From positions 54,845-118,844 of the forward strand of contig JAILZL010000003.1 of the NCBI GenBank assembly GCA_023512475.1: 64,000 nt of DNA, written 5' to 3'. Under the pieces are notes generated by a model. It saw nothing but the letters and a program-made list of their open reading frames with translations. It made no database searches and was not told the origin of the DNA. The position numbers and the translations under genes are program-made. Positions within the stretch are counted from its first letter, which is position 1; every line of letters begins with the position of its first letter. The stretch comes from Syntrophobacterales bacterium. Its GTDB lineage: Bacteria; Desulfobacterota; Desulfobaccia; Desulfobaccales; 0-14-0-80-60-11. Shown in pieces: positions 37,570 through 46,903 of the stretch.

Positions 37570-38607
37570 TCACGTCGTCGCCAGGCGGAAGCCCAGGATG
37601 TCCAGGGTCAGCTCCGGGTTGAGATTGGCGGCCAGATGGCGTTGGGCCCGGGAGAGGGCCAGGAGCCGGGTGAGCCAGGTCTCCGGCCGGCCGCTCAGGC
37701 TCTCCCCCTGAAGCTCCGGCAGCCGGTCCTGGTGCGCCAGGAGCTCCGGAGGCCCCCCGGCCCGCAGCACCAGGAGGTCCCGGTACCATAAGGCGGCCAG
37801 GGTGAGGAAGGTGTCCGCCTCCGCCACACTTTTGGCCAGCCGCTGGGCCCAGGCCAGGATGTCCGCGGCTCCGCCCCGGGAGAGGGTGTCCAGATCGGAG
37901 AGCACCTGATCCCGCTGGGTCAGGAGGACCTCAGGGTCCAGGGCCAGGGCCCGGCCCAGAGAGCCGCCGCTTAACGCCGCGGCCAGGGCCGCCTGGGCCG
38001 GCGGCCGCCCCCGCTTCTCCAGCTCCTGGCGGATGAGGGCCGGGGGCAGGGGGGCAAAGGTGAGCTTCTGGCAGCGGGACACCAGGGTGGGGAACAGGTC
38101 CCCTTCCTGGGCCGCGGCCAGGATGATCAGGTGCCGGGGCGGCGGCTCCTCCAGGGTCTTTAACAGGGCGTTGGCCGCGGCGTCATTCAGGGCCGCGGCG
38201 GGTTTGATGAGGGCCACCCGCCAGCCGCCCCCCACCGGCGGGTAGGCGGTGAGCTGGCGGAACTCCCGGATCTGCTCGATTTTGATCTGGGGCTGCCGGC
38301 CCTCGGAGGTGGGCCGCAGGAGGTAAAAATCCGGGTGTGTGCCCGCCGCCAGCCGCCGGCAGGAGGGGCACACCCCGCAGGCCTCGCCTTCGGGGGTGGG
38401 CCCGGCGCAGTTGAGGCGGGCCGCCAGGGCGGTGGCCGCGGCCGCCCGACCCACGCCCTCGGGACCCACAAAGAGGTAGGCGTGGGCCAGCCGCCCCTGA
38501 CTCAGGGCCATGGCAAGATAGCCCAACGCCCGCGCCTGCCCCAGGATGTCCCGGAAGAACAGGGTGGGGGTGACTTCGCTCTGTGGGCCGCGCTCCTTGT
38601 CCGTCAT
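37570..38607 (-). CDS. holB: DNA polymerase III delta-prime subunit
   Basis: HAYLFVGPEGVG, CGVCPSC zinc motif, HPD, AANALLKTLEEPP, SRC. Confidence 0.95.
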   Translation of the reverse strand: MTDKERGPQSEVTPTLFFRDILGQARALGYLAMALSQGRLAHAYLFVGPEGVGRAAAATALAARLNCAGPTPEGEACGVCPSCRRLAAGTHPDFYLLRPTSEGRQPQIKIEQIREFRQLTAYPPVGGGWRVALIKPAAALNDAAANALLKTLEEPPPRHLIILAAAQEGDLFPTLVSRCQKLTFAPLPPALIRQELEKRGRPPAQAALAAALSGGSLGRALALDPEVLLTQRDQVLSDLDTLSRGGAADILAWAQRLAKSVAEADTFLTLAALWYRDLLVLRAGGPPELLAHQDRLPELQGESLSGRPETWLTRLLALSRAQRHLAANLNPELTLDILGFRLATT

Positions 38608-38661
38608 TTTCCTCTTTCAGGAAATCCGCCCGGCCGGCGGAAAGATCCTGACCCTCTTCCC

Positions 38662-39414
38662 TTACCCCCTGGGCTTGCGGCCCCGGAGCAGGACCCCCCG
38701 GGTGAGGGGGGAGCTGTTCAGGCCGGTTGGCCCCACCAATTCCGCCTCATGAAAACCCGCTTGTCGCATCAGGGCCAGGAAAACCTTTCCCGGCACAGCC
38801 CCGCCCAGTCAGCGGGCCCAGTTTGCCACCCGCGCCTCCGGGCCGGGGGGCGGCTCTCCGGTGAGCACCTGGTCGGCCACCCAAAACCAGCTTCCCGGTT
38901 TCAGGACCCTGAAGACCTCGGCCAAGGCCGTGACCTTGTCCACCACCAGGTTGAAGGCGCCGTTGGAGATGACCGCGTCAAAGAGGTTCTCCGGGACGGG
39001 CAGCCGGGAGGCGGTGGCCACCAGGAAGAGGAGATTTCCGAGACCCATGAGCCGGGCGTTCTCCCGGGCCCGGGCCAGCATTTCGGGAACCAGGTCGATG
39101 CCGATGACCCTCCCTTGGGGGCCTGTCAGGGTGGCTGCCAGGATGGCGTCCACCCCGGCGCCGCAGCCCAGATCAAGAACTGTATCCCCGCTTGAGATAC
39201 GCCCCAGGGAGAAGGGATTGCCCACCCCGCAGAAGGACCCGGCCACCTGCTCTGGGAGTTCCCGGAGAAAAGGGGCGGGGTAATGCAGGGCCTCCAATCC
39301 GGCCCGGCCGGTGGGGTACCTGAAGCATCCCGCCGGGCTGACCGCCACCTGGGCGTATTTCTGCCGGATGGCGGCGGCGATGCGCTCCTCGTCCTCCCGA
39401 CTCAGCTTCTCCAT
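38662..39414 (-). CDS. ArsM-like SAM-dependent methyltransferase, probable selenoprotein (UGA at 38811-38809 read as Sec; 250 aa)
   Basis: SFCGVGNP, LDLGCGAGVD, LKPG motifs. After the TGA the frame continues LGGAVPGKVFLALMRQAGF...RGRKPRG to TAA at 38664-38662. Confidence 0.8.
38774..38794 (-). promoter_or_regulatory. Bacterial SECIS-like hairpin
   Basis: GCCGGGAAA-GGT-TTTCCTGGC, a 9-bp stem beginning 14 nt after the UGA; the apical loop starts with G. Confidence 0.7.
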
Positions 39415-39477
39415 AAAACCGCCCCGGTCAGCCCGGCCGGTCTGCCTTCCGTCCGGGGGATCCGGTCCCTCCCCGGC

Positions 39478-41028
39478 TCATTCCCATTCGATGGTGGCCG
39501 GGGGCTTGCTGGAGATGTCATAGACCACCCGGTTGACCCCCTTCACCTCATTGATGAGGCGGTTGGCCAGGTGGGCCAGGAATTCGTGGGGCAGGCGGGT
39601 CCAGTCCGCGGTCATGGCGTCGGTGGAGTCCACCACCCGGAGGGCCACCACGTGCTCGTAAGTGCGCTCATCCCCCATCACCCCCACGGTGCGCACGGGC
39701 AAGAGCACCGCGAAGGCCTGCCAGACCTTGCGGTACCAGCCGGTGCGCTGCATCTCCTCCTGGACGATGGCGTCGGCCTCCCGGAGGATGGCCAGGCGCT
39801 CCGGGGTCACCTCCCCCAGGATGCGGATGGCCAGGCCCGGCCCGGGGAAGGGATGCCGCCACAGCAGGGAGTCGGGCAGGCCCAGCTCCTTCCCCACCTC
39901 CCGGACCTCATCCTTGAAGAGCTCCCGCAGGGGCTCGATCAGCTGAAGGGGCATAACCTGGGGCAGGGCCCCCACATTGTGATGCGTCTTGATGGTGGCG
40001 GAGGGGCCTTTGAAGGAGACGCTCTCGATGACGTCCGGGTAGAGGGTCCCCTGGGCCAGATATCTGACCCCGCCGATTTTTCCGGCCTCCTCGGCGAAGA
40101 CCTCGATGAACTCCCGGCCGATGCGCCGGCGCTTCTCTTCGGGGTCGGTCACCCCTTTCAGCAGGGCCAGGAAGCGCTCGCTGGCATCCACATAGATGAG
40201 GTTCAGGTGCTCCCGGTCCCGGAAGAGGCGCACCACCTCCTCGGCCTCGCCTTTGCGGAGCAGACCGTTGTTCACAAAGATGCAGGTGAGGCGGTCTCCC
40301 ACCGCCCGGTGCACCAGCACCGCGGTGACCGAGGAGTCCACCCCGCCGGAGAGGGCGCAGATGACCCGCTCTGCGGGCCCCACCTGCCGGCGGATGGCCT
40401 GGACCGTGGCCTCGATGAAGGAGTGCATGGTCCACAGGCCCGAGAGCCGGCAGATGCGGAAAAGGAAATTTTTCAGAATCTCCCGGCCGTGGGGGGTGTG
40501 CTTCACCTCGGGGTGGAACTGCACCCCGTACAGCCGGCGGCGCACGTCCCGGATGGCCCCCACTGGGGAGGCGTCGCTGCCGCCGAGGATCTCAAAGCCC
40601 GGCGGCGGCTTTTCCACCAGGTCGCCGTGGCTCATCCAGACGGTCTCCTGGGGGGCCAGCCCGTGGAAGAGATCGTCGAAATAATGGATGGTGAAGGTCT
40701 TGCGGCCGTATTCCCGGCTGGCGGCGGGCACCACCGTCCCCCCCAGCATATGGCTCAGAAGCTGCAGGCCGTAGCAGATGCCCAGAACCGGCACCCCCAG
40801 CTCCAGGACCCGGGGGTCCAGCCGGGGGGCGTCCCCTTCATAGACGCTCCGGGGGCCCCCGGAGAGGATGATGCCCTGGGGCGCGAATTTCCGGATCTCC
40901 TCCAGGGGCATGGAGTAGGGGTGGATCTCACAATACACCCTGAGCTCCCGCACCCGCCGGGCGATGAGTTGGGTGTACTGGGAGCCGAAGTCCAAAATGA
41001 GGATCTTTTCCTGGTGGGGATCGGGCAT
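39478..41028 (-). CDS. guaA: GMP synthase (glutamine-hydrolysing)
   Basis: [42 protein letters not shown]. Confidence 0.99.
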   Translation of the reverse strand: MPDPHQEKILILDFGSQYTQLIARRVRELRVYCEIHPYSMPLEEIRKFAPQGIILSGGPRSVYEGDAPRLDPRVLELGVPVLGICYGLQLLSHMLGGTVVPAASREYGRKTFTIHYFDDLFHGLAPQETVWMSHGDLVEKPPPGFEILGGSDASPVGAIRDVRRRLYGVQFHPEVKHTPHGREILKNFLFRICRLSGLWTMHSFIEATVQAIRRQVGPAERVICALSGGVDSSVTAVLVHRAVGDRLTCIFVNNGLLRKGEAEEVVRLFRDREHLNLIYVDASERFLALLKGVTDPEEKRRRIGREFIEVFAEEAGKIGGVRYLAQGTLYPDVIESVSFKGPSATIKTHHNVGALPQVMPLQLIEPLRELFKDEVREVGKELGLPDSLLWRHPFPGPGLAIRILGEVTPERLAILREADAIVQEEMQRTGWYRKVWQAFAVLLPVRTVGVMGDERTYEHVVALRVVDSTDAMTADWTRLPHEFLAHLANRLINEVKGVNRVVYDISSKPPATIEWE

Positions 41029-41093
41029 CGACGGGTCCTTGATGGGGCAAACCGGTGAACCTGAGAGGGGTTCCAGACCCGGTTTTTACTTTC

Positions 41094-41122
41094 ATTATAG
41101 CCCCATCGGGAGGGAAAGACAA
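41094..41122 (-). promoter_or_regulatory. Sigma-70 promoter of guaA
   Basis: TTGTCT-17 bp-TATAAT. Confidence 0.6.
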
Positions 41123-41259
41123 CGACGGGAGGGGCCGGGCGGGGGAGACCCCTCAGGTCCCTTGCCTCAGGGGTCGGAAAGGGTTAGGTTAGGGGGAGGG
41201 AATCCGGAGCCGGTTCCCCGGCCGCCGGGGTTTCAGCCATTTCATCGGGAGGTCTGAGC

Positions 41260-41442
41260 ATGTCCAAACGCAAGTACACCGTCCGGGCCGAATGCCCCGC
41301 CTGCGCCTGCGGGGACATCACCTTCCTGGGGCCGGAAAAGCTCCGGGAAAAATTCATCGGCGACGAAAAGGAGATTGATATCCTCTGCCCCATGTGCGGC
41401 ACCAAGACCAAGGGCACGGTGGAGGAAGAGGAGCCGAAGTAA
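41260..41442 (+). CDS. Small zinc-ribbon-like protein (60 aa)
   Basis: GGAGG ribosome site; CPACAC and CPMC pairs; host-like codon usage. Confidence 0.75.
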   Translation: MSKRKYTVRAECPACACGDITFLGPEKLREKFIGDEKEIDILCPMCGTKTKGTVEEEEPK

Positions 41443-41484
41443 GCGGGGGAGGGGCCCCTCGCGCCCCTCCTCCGGCGGGCAGGT

Positions 41485-43074
41485 TCAGGCCGGGCCGCCG
41501 GGGCCGGCGTCCCGGACCGTCGGCTCCACCGTGCCGGCGTACTGGGCGAAGTTCTGGCGGAAACGGGCAATGAGCTCCTGGGCGGTGCGGTCGTAGGCCT
41601 CGGGGTCGGCCCAGGTGTTCCGGGGGTGGAGCAGGCGCTCCGGCACCCCGGGGCAGGCGTCCGGCACCAGCAGTCCGAAGGCGGGGTCCGGGTGGCAGGG
41701 GACCCCTTCCAGGGCGCCGCTCAAGGCCGCCCGCAGCAGGGCCCGGGAGTGGGCGATGTCAATACGGTGTCCCACGCCGTAAGGGCCCTCGGTCCAGCCG
41801 GTGTTCACCAGCCAGCACTGCACCTGGCTCTCCTTGATCTTCTCCCGGAAGAGGCGGGCATAGACGGAGGCGGGCAGGGCCATGAAGGGCGCGCCGAAGC
41901 AGGTGCTGAAGGTGGCCTGGGGCTCCTTGATGCCCCGTTCGGTGCCCGCCACCTTGGCGGTGTAGCCGCTGAGGAAATGGTAGGTGGCCTGCTCCGGGCT
42001 CAGCCTGGCGATGGGGGGCAGCACCCCGAAGGCGTCGCAGGTGAGCATGAAGATGTGGCTGGGGGGCGGCCCCACCCCGGAGCGCACGATGTTTTTCAGG
42101 TGGGTGATGGGGTAGGCGGCCCGGGTGTTCTCCGTCAGGGAGTCGTCATCCAGATCCAGGCGCCGGGTCACCGGGTCGATGGTGACGTTTTCCAGGACCG
42201 TGCCGAAGCGCCGGGTGCATTCATAGATGTCCGGCTCCGCCAGAGGGTTGAGGCGGATGACCTTGGCATAGCAGCCCCCTTCGAAGTTGAAGATGCCCTC
42301 TTTCCACCAGCCGTGTTCGTCGTCGCCGATGAGGCGGCGTTCCGGATCGGCGGACAGGGAGGTCTTGCCGGTGCCCGACAGTCCGAAGAACAGGGCGGTG
42401 TCCCCCTTTTCCCCCATGTTGGCGGCGCAGTGCATGGACAGCACCTCCTGCTGGGGGAGGTAGTAATTGAGGATGGTGAAGATGGATTTTTTGATTTCGC
42501 CCCCGTAGCTGGTGCCGCCGATGAGGATGAGGCGCCGGCCGAAATTCACGAGGATGAAGGCCTCGGAGTTGGTGCCGTCCAGCTCCGGGACGGCGTGGAA
42601 GGAGGGGGCGCTGATGACGGTGAACTTTGGGCGGTGCGTCTCCAGGAGCTGACGGTCCTTGATCTGGATGAACATGTTCCGGGCGAAGAGGTTCTGCCAG
42701 GCATAGGTGGTGATGACCCGGATGGGGATCTGGTAACGGGGGTCGGCCCCGGCATAGCAGTCCTGGATGAAGATCTCCCGCCCCTGGAGGTAGGCCAGGA
42801 GCCGGTAATAGAGCAGATCGAACTTTTCCGGGTCCAGGGGGGTGTTCTGCTCCCCCCAGGCGATGTGCGGGGCGCTACTGGGCTCATAGACAATGAACTT
42901 GTCTTTGGGGGAGCGGCCGGTGTAGGTGCCGGTGCGCACCACCACCGGGCCCAGGTGGGCGATGAGGCCTTCCCCCCGGGAGACGATCTTCTCATAAAGA
43001 GCCGGAGTGGTGAGATTCCAGTGGGCGGCGGCCACGTTGCGGATGCCGTGGTATTCCAGACCGTAGGCGGGCAT
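41485..43074 (-). CDS. pckA: Phosphoenolpyruvate carboxykinase (ATP)
   Basis: TGRSPKDKFIV, YGGEIKK, FFGLSGTGKT, LIGDDEHGW, EGGCYAK. Start MPAYGLE after GAAGGAG. Confidence 0.98.
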   Translation of the reverse strand: MPAYGLEYHGIRNVAAAHWNLTTPALYEKIVSRGEGLIAHLGPVVVRTGTYTGRSPKDKFIVYEPSSAPHIAWGEQNTPLDPEKFDLLYYRLLAYLQGREIFIQDCYAGADPRYQIPIRVITTYAWQNLFARNMFIQIKDRQLLETHRPKFTVISAPSFHAVPELDGTNSEAFILVNFGRRLILIGGTSYGGEIKKSIFTILNYYLPQQEVLSMHCAANMGEKGDTALFFGLSGTGKTSLSADPERRLIGDDEHGWWKEGIFNFEGGCYAKVIRLNPLAEPDIYECTRRFGTVLENVTIDPVTRRLDLDDDSLTENTRAAYPITHLKNIVRSGVGPPPSHIFMLTCDAFGVLPPIARLSPEQATYHFLSGYTAKVAGTERGIKEPQATFSTCFGAPFMALPASVYARLFREKIKESQVQCWLVNTGWTEGPYGVGHRIDIAHSRALLRAALSGALEGVPCHPDPAFGLLVPDACPGVPERLLHPRNTWADPEAYDRTAQELIARFRQNFAQYAGTVEPTVRDAGPGGPA

Positions 43075-43282
43075 AGGCACTCCTTCGGAGGGGGGAATGT
43101 CGGGCTCCTGGCCGGGGGCAAAAACAGCCCGGGTCGGGCTCCGGGGGCGCCGGTCTCCCGACGCGCTCCGACATATGAACTTATCATTATAATTTACTCC
43201 CCTGAACGGGAAGGGGGAAAATTTTTCCACCCGGACCCCGCCGTCCCCAGGGAAGGCGCGGGAACCGGGCCGGGAGGCCGCC

Positions 43283-43897
43283 ATGAGCCGGGAAATCGCC
43301 CCGGACGCCGGAGCGGGGGAATTCCCCCTCAGCGATGAGGATATCTACGAAGCCATGAAGGAAATCCCCGGGTATCTGGACATCACCCCGGGGAGCTTCC
43401 GGGAGCTCTACCGGCTGGCATACCGTCTGGCCCGGCAGCGTCTCTTTCAGGAGGTGACCGCGGCCCGGATCATGACCCGGGAGGTAATTGCGGTGGGCCC
43501 GGACACCCCGGTGGCGGAGGTGGCCGAAGCCATGGGGCGGGCGGGCGTCTCCGGGGTGCCGGTGGTGGAGGCGGACGGCCGGGTGGTGGGGGTGATCAGC
43601 GAACGGGATTTCCTCCGGCAGATGGGGTCCGGGGAGGCCAATTTCATGAGCCTGGTGGCCGCCTGCCTGCGCGCCCGGGGGTGTGTGGCCCTGCCCATCA
43701 GGAAAAAGGCGGCGGCGGAGCTGATGAGCGCCCCGGCGGTGACGGTGCACCCGGAGACCACCGTCCGGGAGGTGGCCGAGGTGCTGGCGGCCCACCGCAT
43801 CAACCGGGTGCCGGTGGTGGATGGCGGGGGCCGGCTGGTGGGGATCGTCAGCCGGGGGGACCTGCTCAAGGCCCTCCAGGGCGGGGTGTCCCCATGA
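43283..43897 (+). CDS. CBS-pair domain protein
   Basis: Two CBS repeats (GVISERD, GIVSRGD); N-terminal GYLDITP motif. Confidence 0.9.
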   Translation: MSREIAPDAGAGEFPLSDEDIYEAMKEIPGYLDITPGSFRELYRLAYRLARQRLFQEVTAARIMTREVIAVGPDTPVAEVAEAMGRAGVSGVPVVEADGRVVGVISERDFLRQMGSGEANFMSLVAACLRARGCVALPIRKKAAAELMSAPAVTVHPETTVREVAEVLAAHRINRVPVVDGGGRLVGIVSRGDLLKALQGGVSP

Positions 43898-44436
43898 TCC
43901 GGGCCTATTGGGGGAAGATGCGGGGCACCTCCATCAGCCCGCCCCGGGTGGATGCCTTAGAGATCCTCTTCTCCGGCCTGGGGGGCTTTCTGGGTCTGGG
44001 GCTGGTGGCCTTCCTGGAGGCGCAGTTCTTCCAGGAAAGCGACCTTCTCCTCCTCATTGCGCCCTTCGGGGCCTCGGCGGTGCTCCTCTACGGGGCGGTG
44101 AAAAGCCCCCTGGCCCAACCCCGGAATCTGGTGGGGGGCCATCTCCTCTCCGCCGCGGTGGGGGTCACGGCCCTGAAACTGTTGGGCCCCCATCCGGCGC
44201 TGGCCGTGGCGGTGGCGGTGTCGGTGAGCATCATGCTCATGCACGCCACCCGGACCCTCCACCCCCCCGGGGGGGCCACCGCCCTGGTGGCCATTCTCGG
44301 GGGCCCCAAGATCCAGAATCTGGGCTATCTCTTCGTGCTGATGCCGGTGGGCGCGGGGGTGCTGCTGCTGCTTGTGGTGGCGCTCCTCTTCAACAACCTC
44401 ATCCCCCGCCGGCGCTATCCGGAGTTCTGGTGGTGA
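43894..44436 (+). CDS. HPP family membrane protein
   Basis: APFGASAVL, SPLAQPRN, HPPGGATAL; ATGA coupling to the CBS gene. Confidence 0.93.
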   Translation: MIRAYWGKMRGTSISPPRVDALEILFSGLGGFLGLGLVAFLEAQFFQESDLLLLIAPFGASAVLLYGAVKSPLAQPRNLVGGHLLSAAVGVTALKLLGPHPALAVAVAVSVSIMLMHATRTLHPPGGATALVAILGGPKIQNLGYLFVLMPVGAGVLLLLVVALLFNNLIPRRRYPEFWW

Positions 44437-44467
44437 GGCGGGCTGAGGGAGGGGCGGAACCGGGGGC

Positions 44468-44680
44468 TCAGGGCGCCGGCTCCAGGCAGGGAGCGGGGGT
44501 CTGGGTGAGCTTGTCCGGCCAGGAATAGACACAGTAGTAGTAGAAGGGCTGCTCGCAGAAGCACACCGGGTTTTCTTCGTGCATCAGATAGGGGCACTCA
44601 AAGCAGCAGGCCGGAAGCTCCTCCGCCTGGCTGAAGGGCACCCCGTAGCGGCCGGCCCGGAATTCCTCCAGACGAAACAT
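44468..44680 (-). CDS. Small cysteine-rich hypothetical protein (70 aa)
   Basis: MFRLEEF...CCFECPY...CFCE...YYYC...C; aromatic and Cys-rich, unlike the GC shadow ORFs. Confidence 0.6.
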   Translation of the reverse strand: MFRLEEFRAGRYGVPFSQAEELPACCFECPYLMHEENPVCFCEQPFYYYCVYSWPDKLTQTPAPCLEPAP

Positions 44681-44882
44681 CCCTTGCGCCACCTGTACCG
44701 GGAAAGGATAAGCTCTCTCAGTAAGGACGGTTTGGTCCCGGGGAAAGCCGGAGGCCCCCCGCACTTTGAGGCCATCTTACCAGGGCGGGGCCGGCGGGGC
44801 AAGCCTCCCTTGCACTTTCGGGCAGGTAGGCTACAATCAGGCCAGTGCCTGCGGATCAGGTTTGGGTCCGGTGGACACCGCC

Positions 44883-45191
44883 ATGATCAGAATCCTCTTC
44901 CCGTTTGCGGTCCGGCTGTTCCTTTCGTTTCTGGCGGCCAAATTTCTGTTAGGCCTCCTGGGGGTGGGAAGCCCCCGGGCCCTCCTCCTCCTCTCCCTGG
45001 CCCTGGTGGGGAACATCTATCTCTTCGACCTCCTGGACCGCTACTATGAAGGTGCCTGGCGGCGGGCTCTCAGCCCCCGGGAGCTGGGCTGGCGGGCGGC
45101 CCGGCTGTCGGTGTGGCTCAACCGGGTGCGGCGCCGACGGGAATCCCCGGAGGCCCCCCGGCCGCCGGAGGCGGGGGCCTCTGGGAAATGA
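44883..45191 (+). CDS. Small hypothetical membrane protein
   Basis: Two hydrophobic segments; upstream TTGCAC-16 bp-TACAAT. Confidence 0.6.
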   Translation: MIRILFPFAVRLFLSFLAAKFLLGLLGVGSPRALLLLSLALVGNIYLFDLLDRYYEGAWRRALSPRELGWRAARLSVWLNRVRRRRESPEAPRPPEAGASGK

Positions 45192-45238
45192 GAGGGGGTG
45201 GCGGGGGAAGACCCCGGGCTGGGGCGAAATTTTTTCCA

Positions 45239-45274
45239 TTGACGCAGAATTTGCGATTGTTGTAACATTCACAA
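45239..45274 (+). promoter_or_regulatory. dsrT promoter with an overlapping Rex-like operator
   Basis: TTGACG-18 bp-TAACAT; TTGTTGTAACATTCACAA (45257-45274) overlaps the -10. Confidence 0.55.
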
Positions 45275-45288
45275 CGTCTGAGGTGCCC

Positions 45289-45801
45289 ATGACCTTGAAG
45301 CGACTCCTGAGCGAGCGCCGGGCCGCCATTCTGGAGAAGTGGCGGGACCGGGTTTTTGCCTGTTATCCCCCGGAAACCGCCAGTTTTCTCAAGCGGGAGG
45401 CCGACCGGTTCAGCAACCCGGTGGCCCATCGCCTCACCGAGGGGCTCAAAGGGATTTATGCCACCTTGTTGGGGGAGGCCCCGGCGGCGGAGGTCACGGC
45501 CCAGCTGGATGAGGTGCTGCGCATCTGGGCGGTGCAGGATTTCACCCCCTCCCAGGCTTTGGCGTTCGTCTTTTTTCTCAAGCCCATCATACGGGAGGAG
45601 CTGGCAGGTGAGCTCAAGGCCGATGCCGGCCTGACGGCGGAGCTGCTGGATCTGGAATCCCGCCTGGACGGGGTGGCCCTCCTGGGCTTCGACGTCTACA
45701 TGCGCAGGCGGGAGAAGCTCTCCGATTTAAAGGTATCGGAGATGAAGGCCCGGATCAGCGGCCTGCTCCGGCGGGTGGGGGTGGACCCCTCCACCCTGTG
45801 A
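45289..45801 (+). CDS. dsrT: DsrT (RsbRD N-terminal domain protein)
   Basis: DRFSNPV and AVQDFTPSQA motifs; directly upstream of dsrM. Confidence 0.85.
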   Translation: MTLKRLLSERRAAILEKWRDRVFACYPPETASFLKREADRFSNPVAHRLTEGLKGIYATLLGEAPAAEVTAQLDEVLRIWAVQDFTPSQALAFVFFLKPIIREELAGELKADAGLTAELLDLESRLDGVALLGFDVYMRRREKLSDLKVSEMKARISGLLRRVGVDPSTL

Positions 45802-45841
45802 CCCGGGCGGCGCCGGCCAAATCTAGACGAGGTGACGGTAC

Positions 45842-46900
45842 ATGAATTTTACCCAACGTCATATCACGGTGGCCCTGGCGGCGGTCCTGGGACTCATCGC
45901 CGTGGCCTACGTGGGGGTGCAGGGGAACCTCCAGCTCCTCTTCGGGGTGGTGGTGCCGTATCTGGCTCTCCTGCTCTTCTTTGAGGGGATCATCTACCGG
46001 GTCATCAAATGGGCCCGCTCCCCGGTCCCCTTCAAAATCCCCACCACCGCCGGGCAGGTGAAGTCCCTGCCGTGGGTTCCCCGGACTTTGGGGGACAAAC
46101 TGGACAACCCGGAGAGCAAGGCCTGGGTTCTGGGCCGCATGGCCCTGGAAGTGCTGGCCTTCCGCAGCCTGTTCCGCAACACCCGCACCGAGCTGGTGCC
46201 CGACCCCAAGTTCCCGGAAAAGGCCCGTCTGGTGCACTGGTCCTACAAGTGGCTGTGGCTGGGGGCCATCGCCTTCCATTACGCCTTTCTCATCATCGTG
46301 CTGCGGCACCTGCGCTTCTTCTTTGAGCCCACCCCCCATGCCATCGCCCTGCTGGGGGAGATCGACGGTTTCTGGCAGTTCTTCATCCCCACCTTTTATC
46401 TGACGGACATCATCATCGTGCTGGCCCTCCTGTATCTCCTGGGCCGACGGCTGGCCAACGCCAATCTGCGCTACATCACTCTGGCCTCGGATTACTTCCC
46501 GCTGTTTCTCATCCTGGGGATTGTCAGCACCGGCATCCTGATGCGCTACTTCTTCAAGACCGACATCACCGCCGTGAAGCAGCTCATCATGGGCCTGGTG
46601 AGTCTGAAGCCGGTGATTCCGGCCGGGATTTCGCCCCTGTTTTATGTGCATCTCTTCCTGGTGTGCGTGCTGTTGGCCTACTTCCCCTACAGCAAGCTCC
46701 TGCATGCCCCGGGGGTCTTCTTCAGCCCCACCCGCAACCTCCCGGGCGACAACCGCTGGGCGCTGCACGTCAACCCCTGGAATTATCCGGTGAAGTTCCA
46801 TCCCTATATGGAATATGAGGATCAGTTCCGGGATGCCATGTATGAGGCCGGAATTCCGGTGGAAAAAGAACCTGAGACCGCGGAAGTGGAAGAGGAGTAA
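45842..46900 (+). CDS. dsrM: DsrMKJOP membrane cytochrome b subunit
   Basis: PVPFKIPTT, FRSLFRNT, FHY, RHLR, HLFLV, FPYSKLLH, PTRN. Confidence 0.96.
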   Translation: MNFTQRHITVALAAVLGLIAVAYVGVQGNLQLLFGVVVPYLALLLFFEGIIYRVIKWARSPVPFKIPTTAGQVKSLPWVPRTLGDKLDNPESKAWVLGRMALEVLAFRSLFRNTRTELVPDPKFPEKARLVHWSYKWLWLGAIAFHYAFLIIVLRHLRFFFEPTPHAIALLGEIDGFWQFFIPTFYLTDIIIVLALLYLLGRRLANANLRYITLASDYFPLFLILGIVSTGILMRYFFKTDITAVKQLIMGLVSLKPVIPAGISPLFYVHLFLVCVLLAYFPYSKLLHAPGVFFSPTRNLPGDNRWALHVNPWNYPVKFHPYMEYEDQFRDAMYEAGIPVEKEPETAEVEEE

Positions 46901-46903
46901 CCG

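Noticed and set aside
36712-38607. Stage 0 sporulation (PSP1/RicT) gene in a presumably non-sporulating lineage
   Set aside because: The holB-PSP1 arrangement is widespread and does not imply sporulation.
41029-41100. Possible purine riboswitch upstream of guaA
   Set aside because: The leader is short and lacks the conserved purine-aptamer core.
44468-44470. TGA stop of the Cys-rich small ORF as a possible Sec codon
   Set aside because: Read-through gives low-complexity Pro/Ala sequence running into the convergent HPP gene; no redox motif context.
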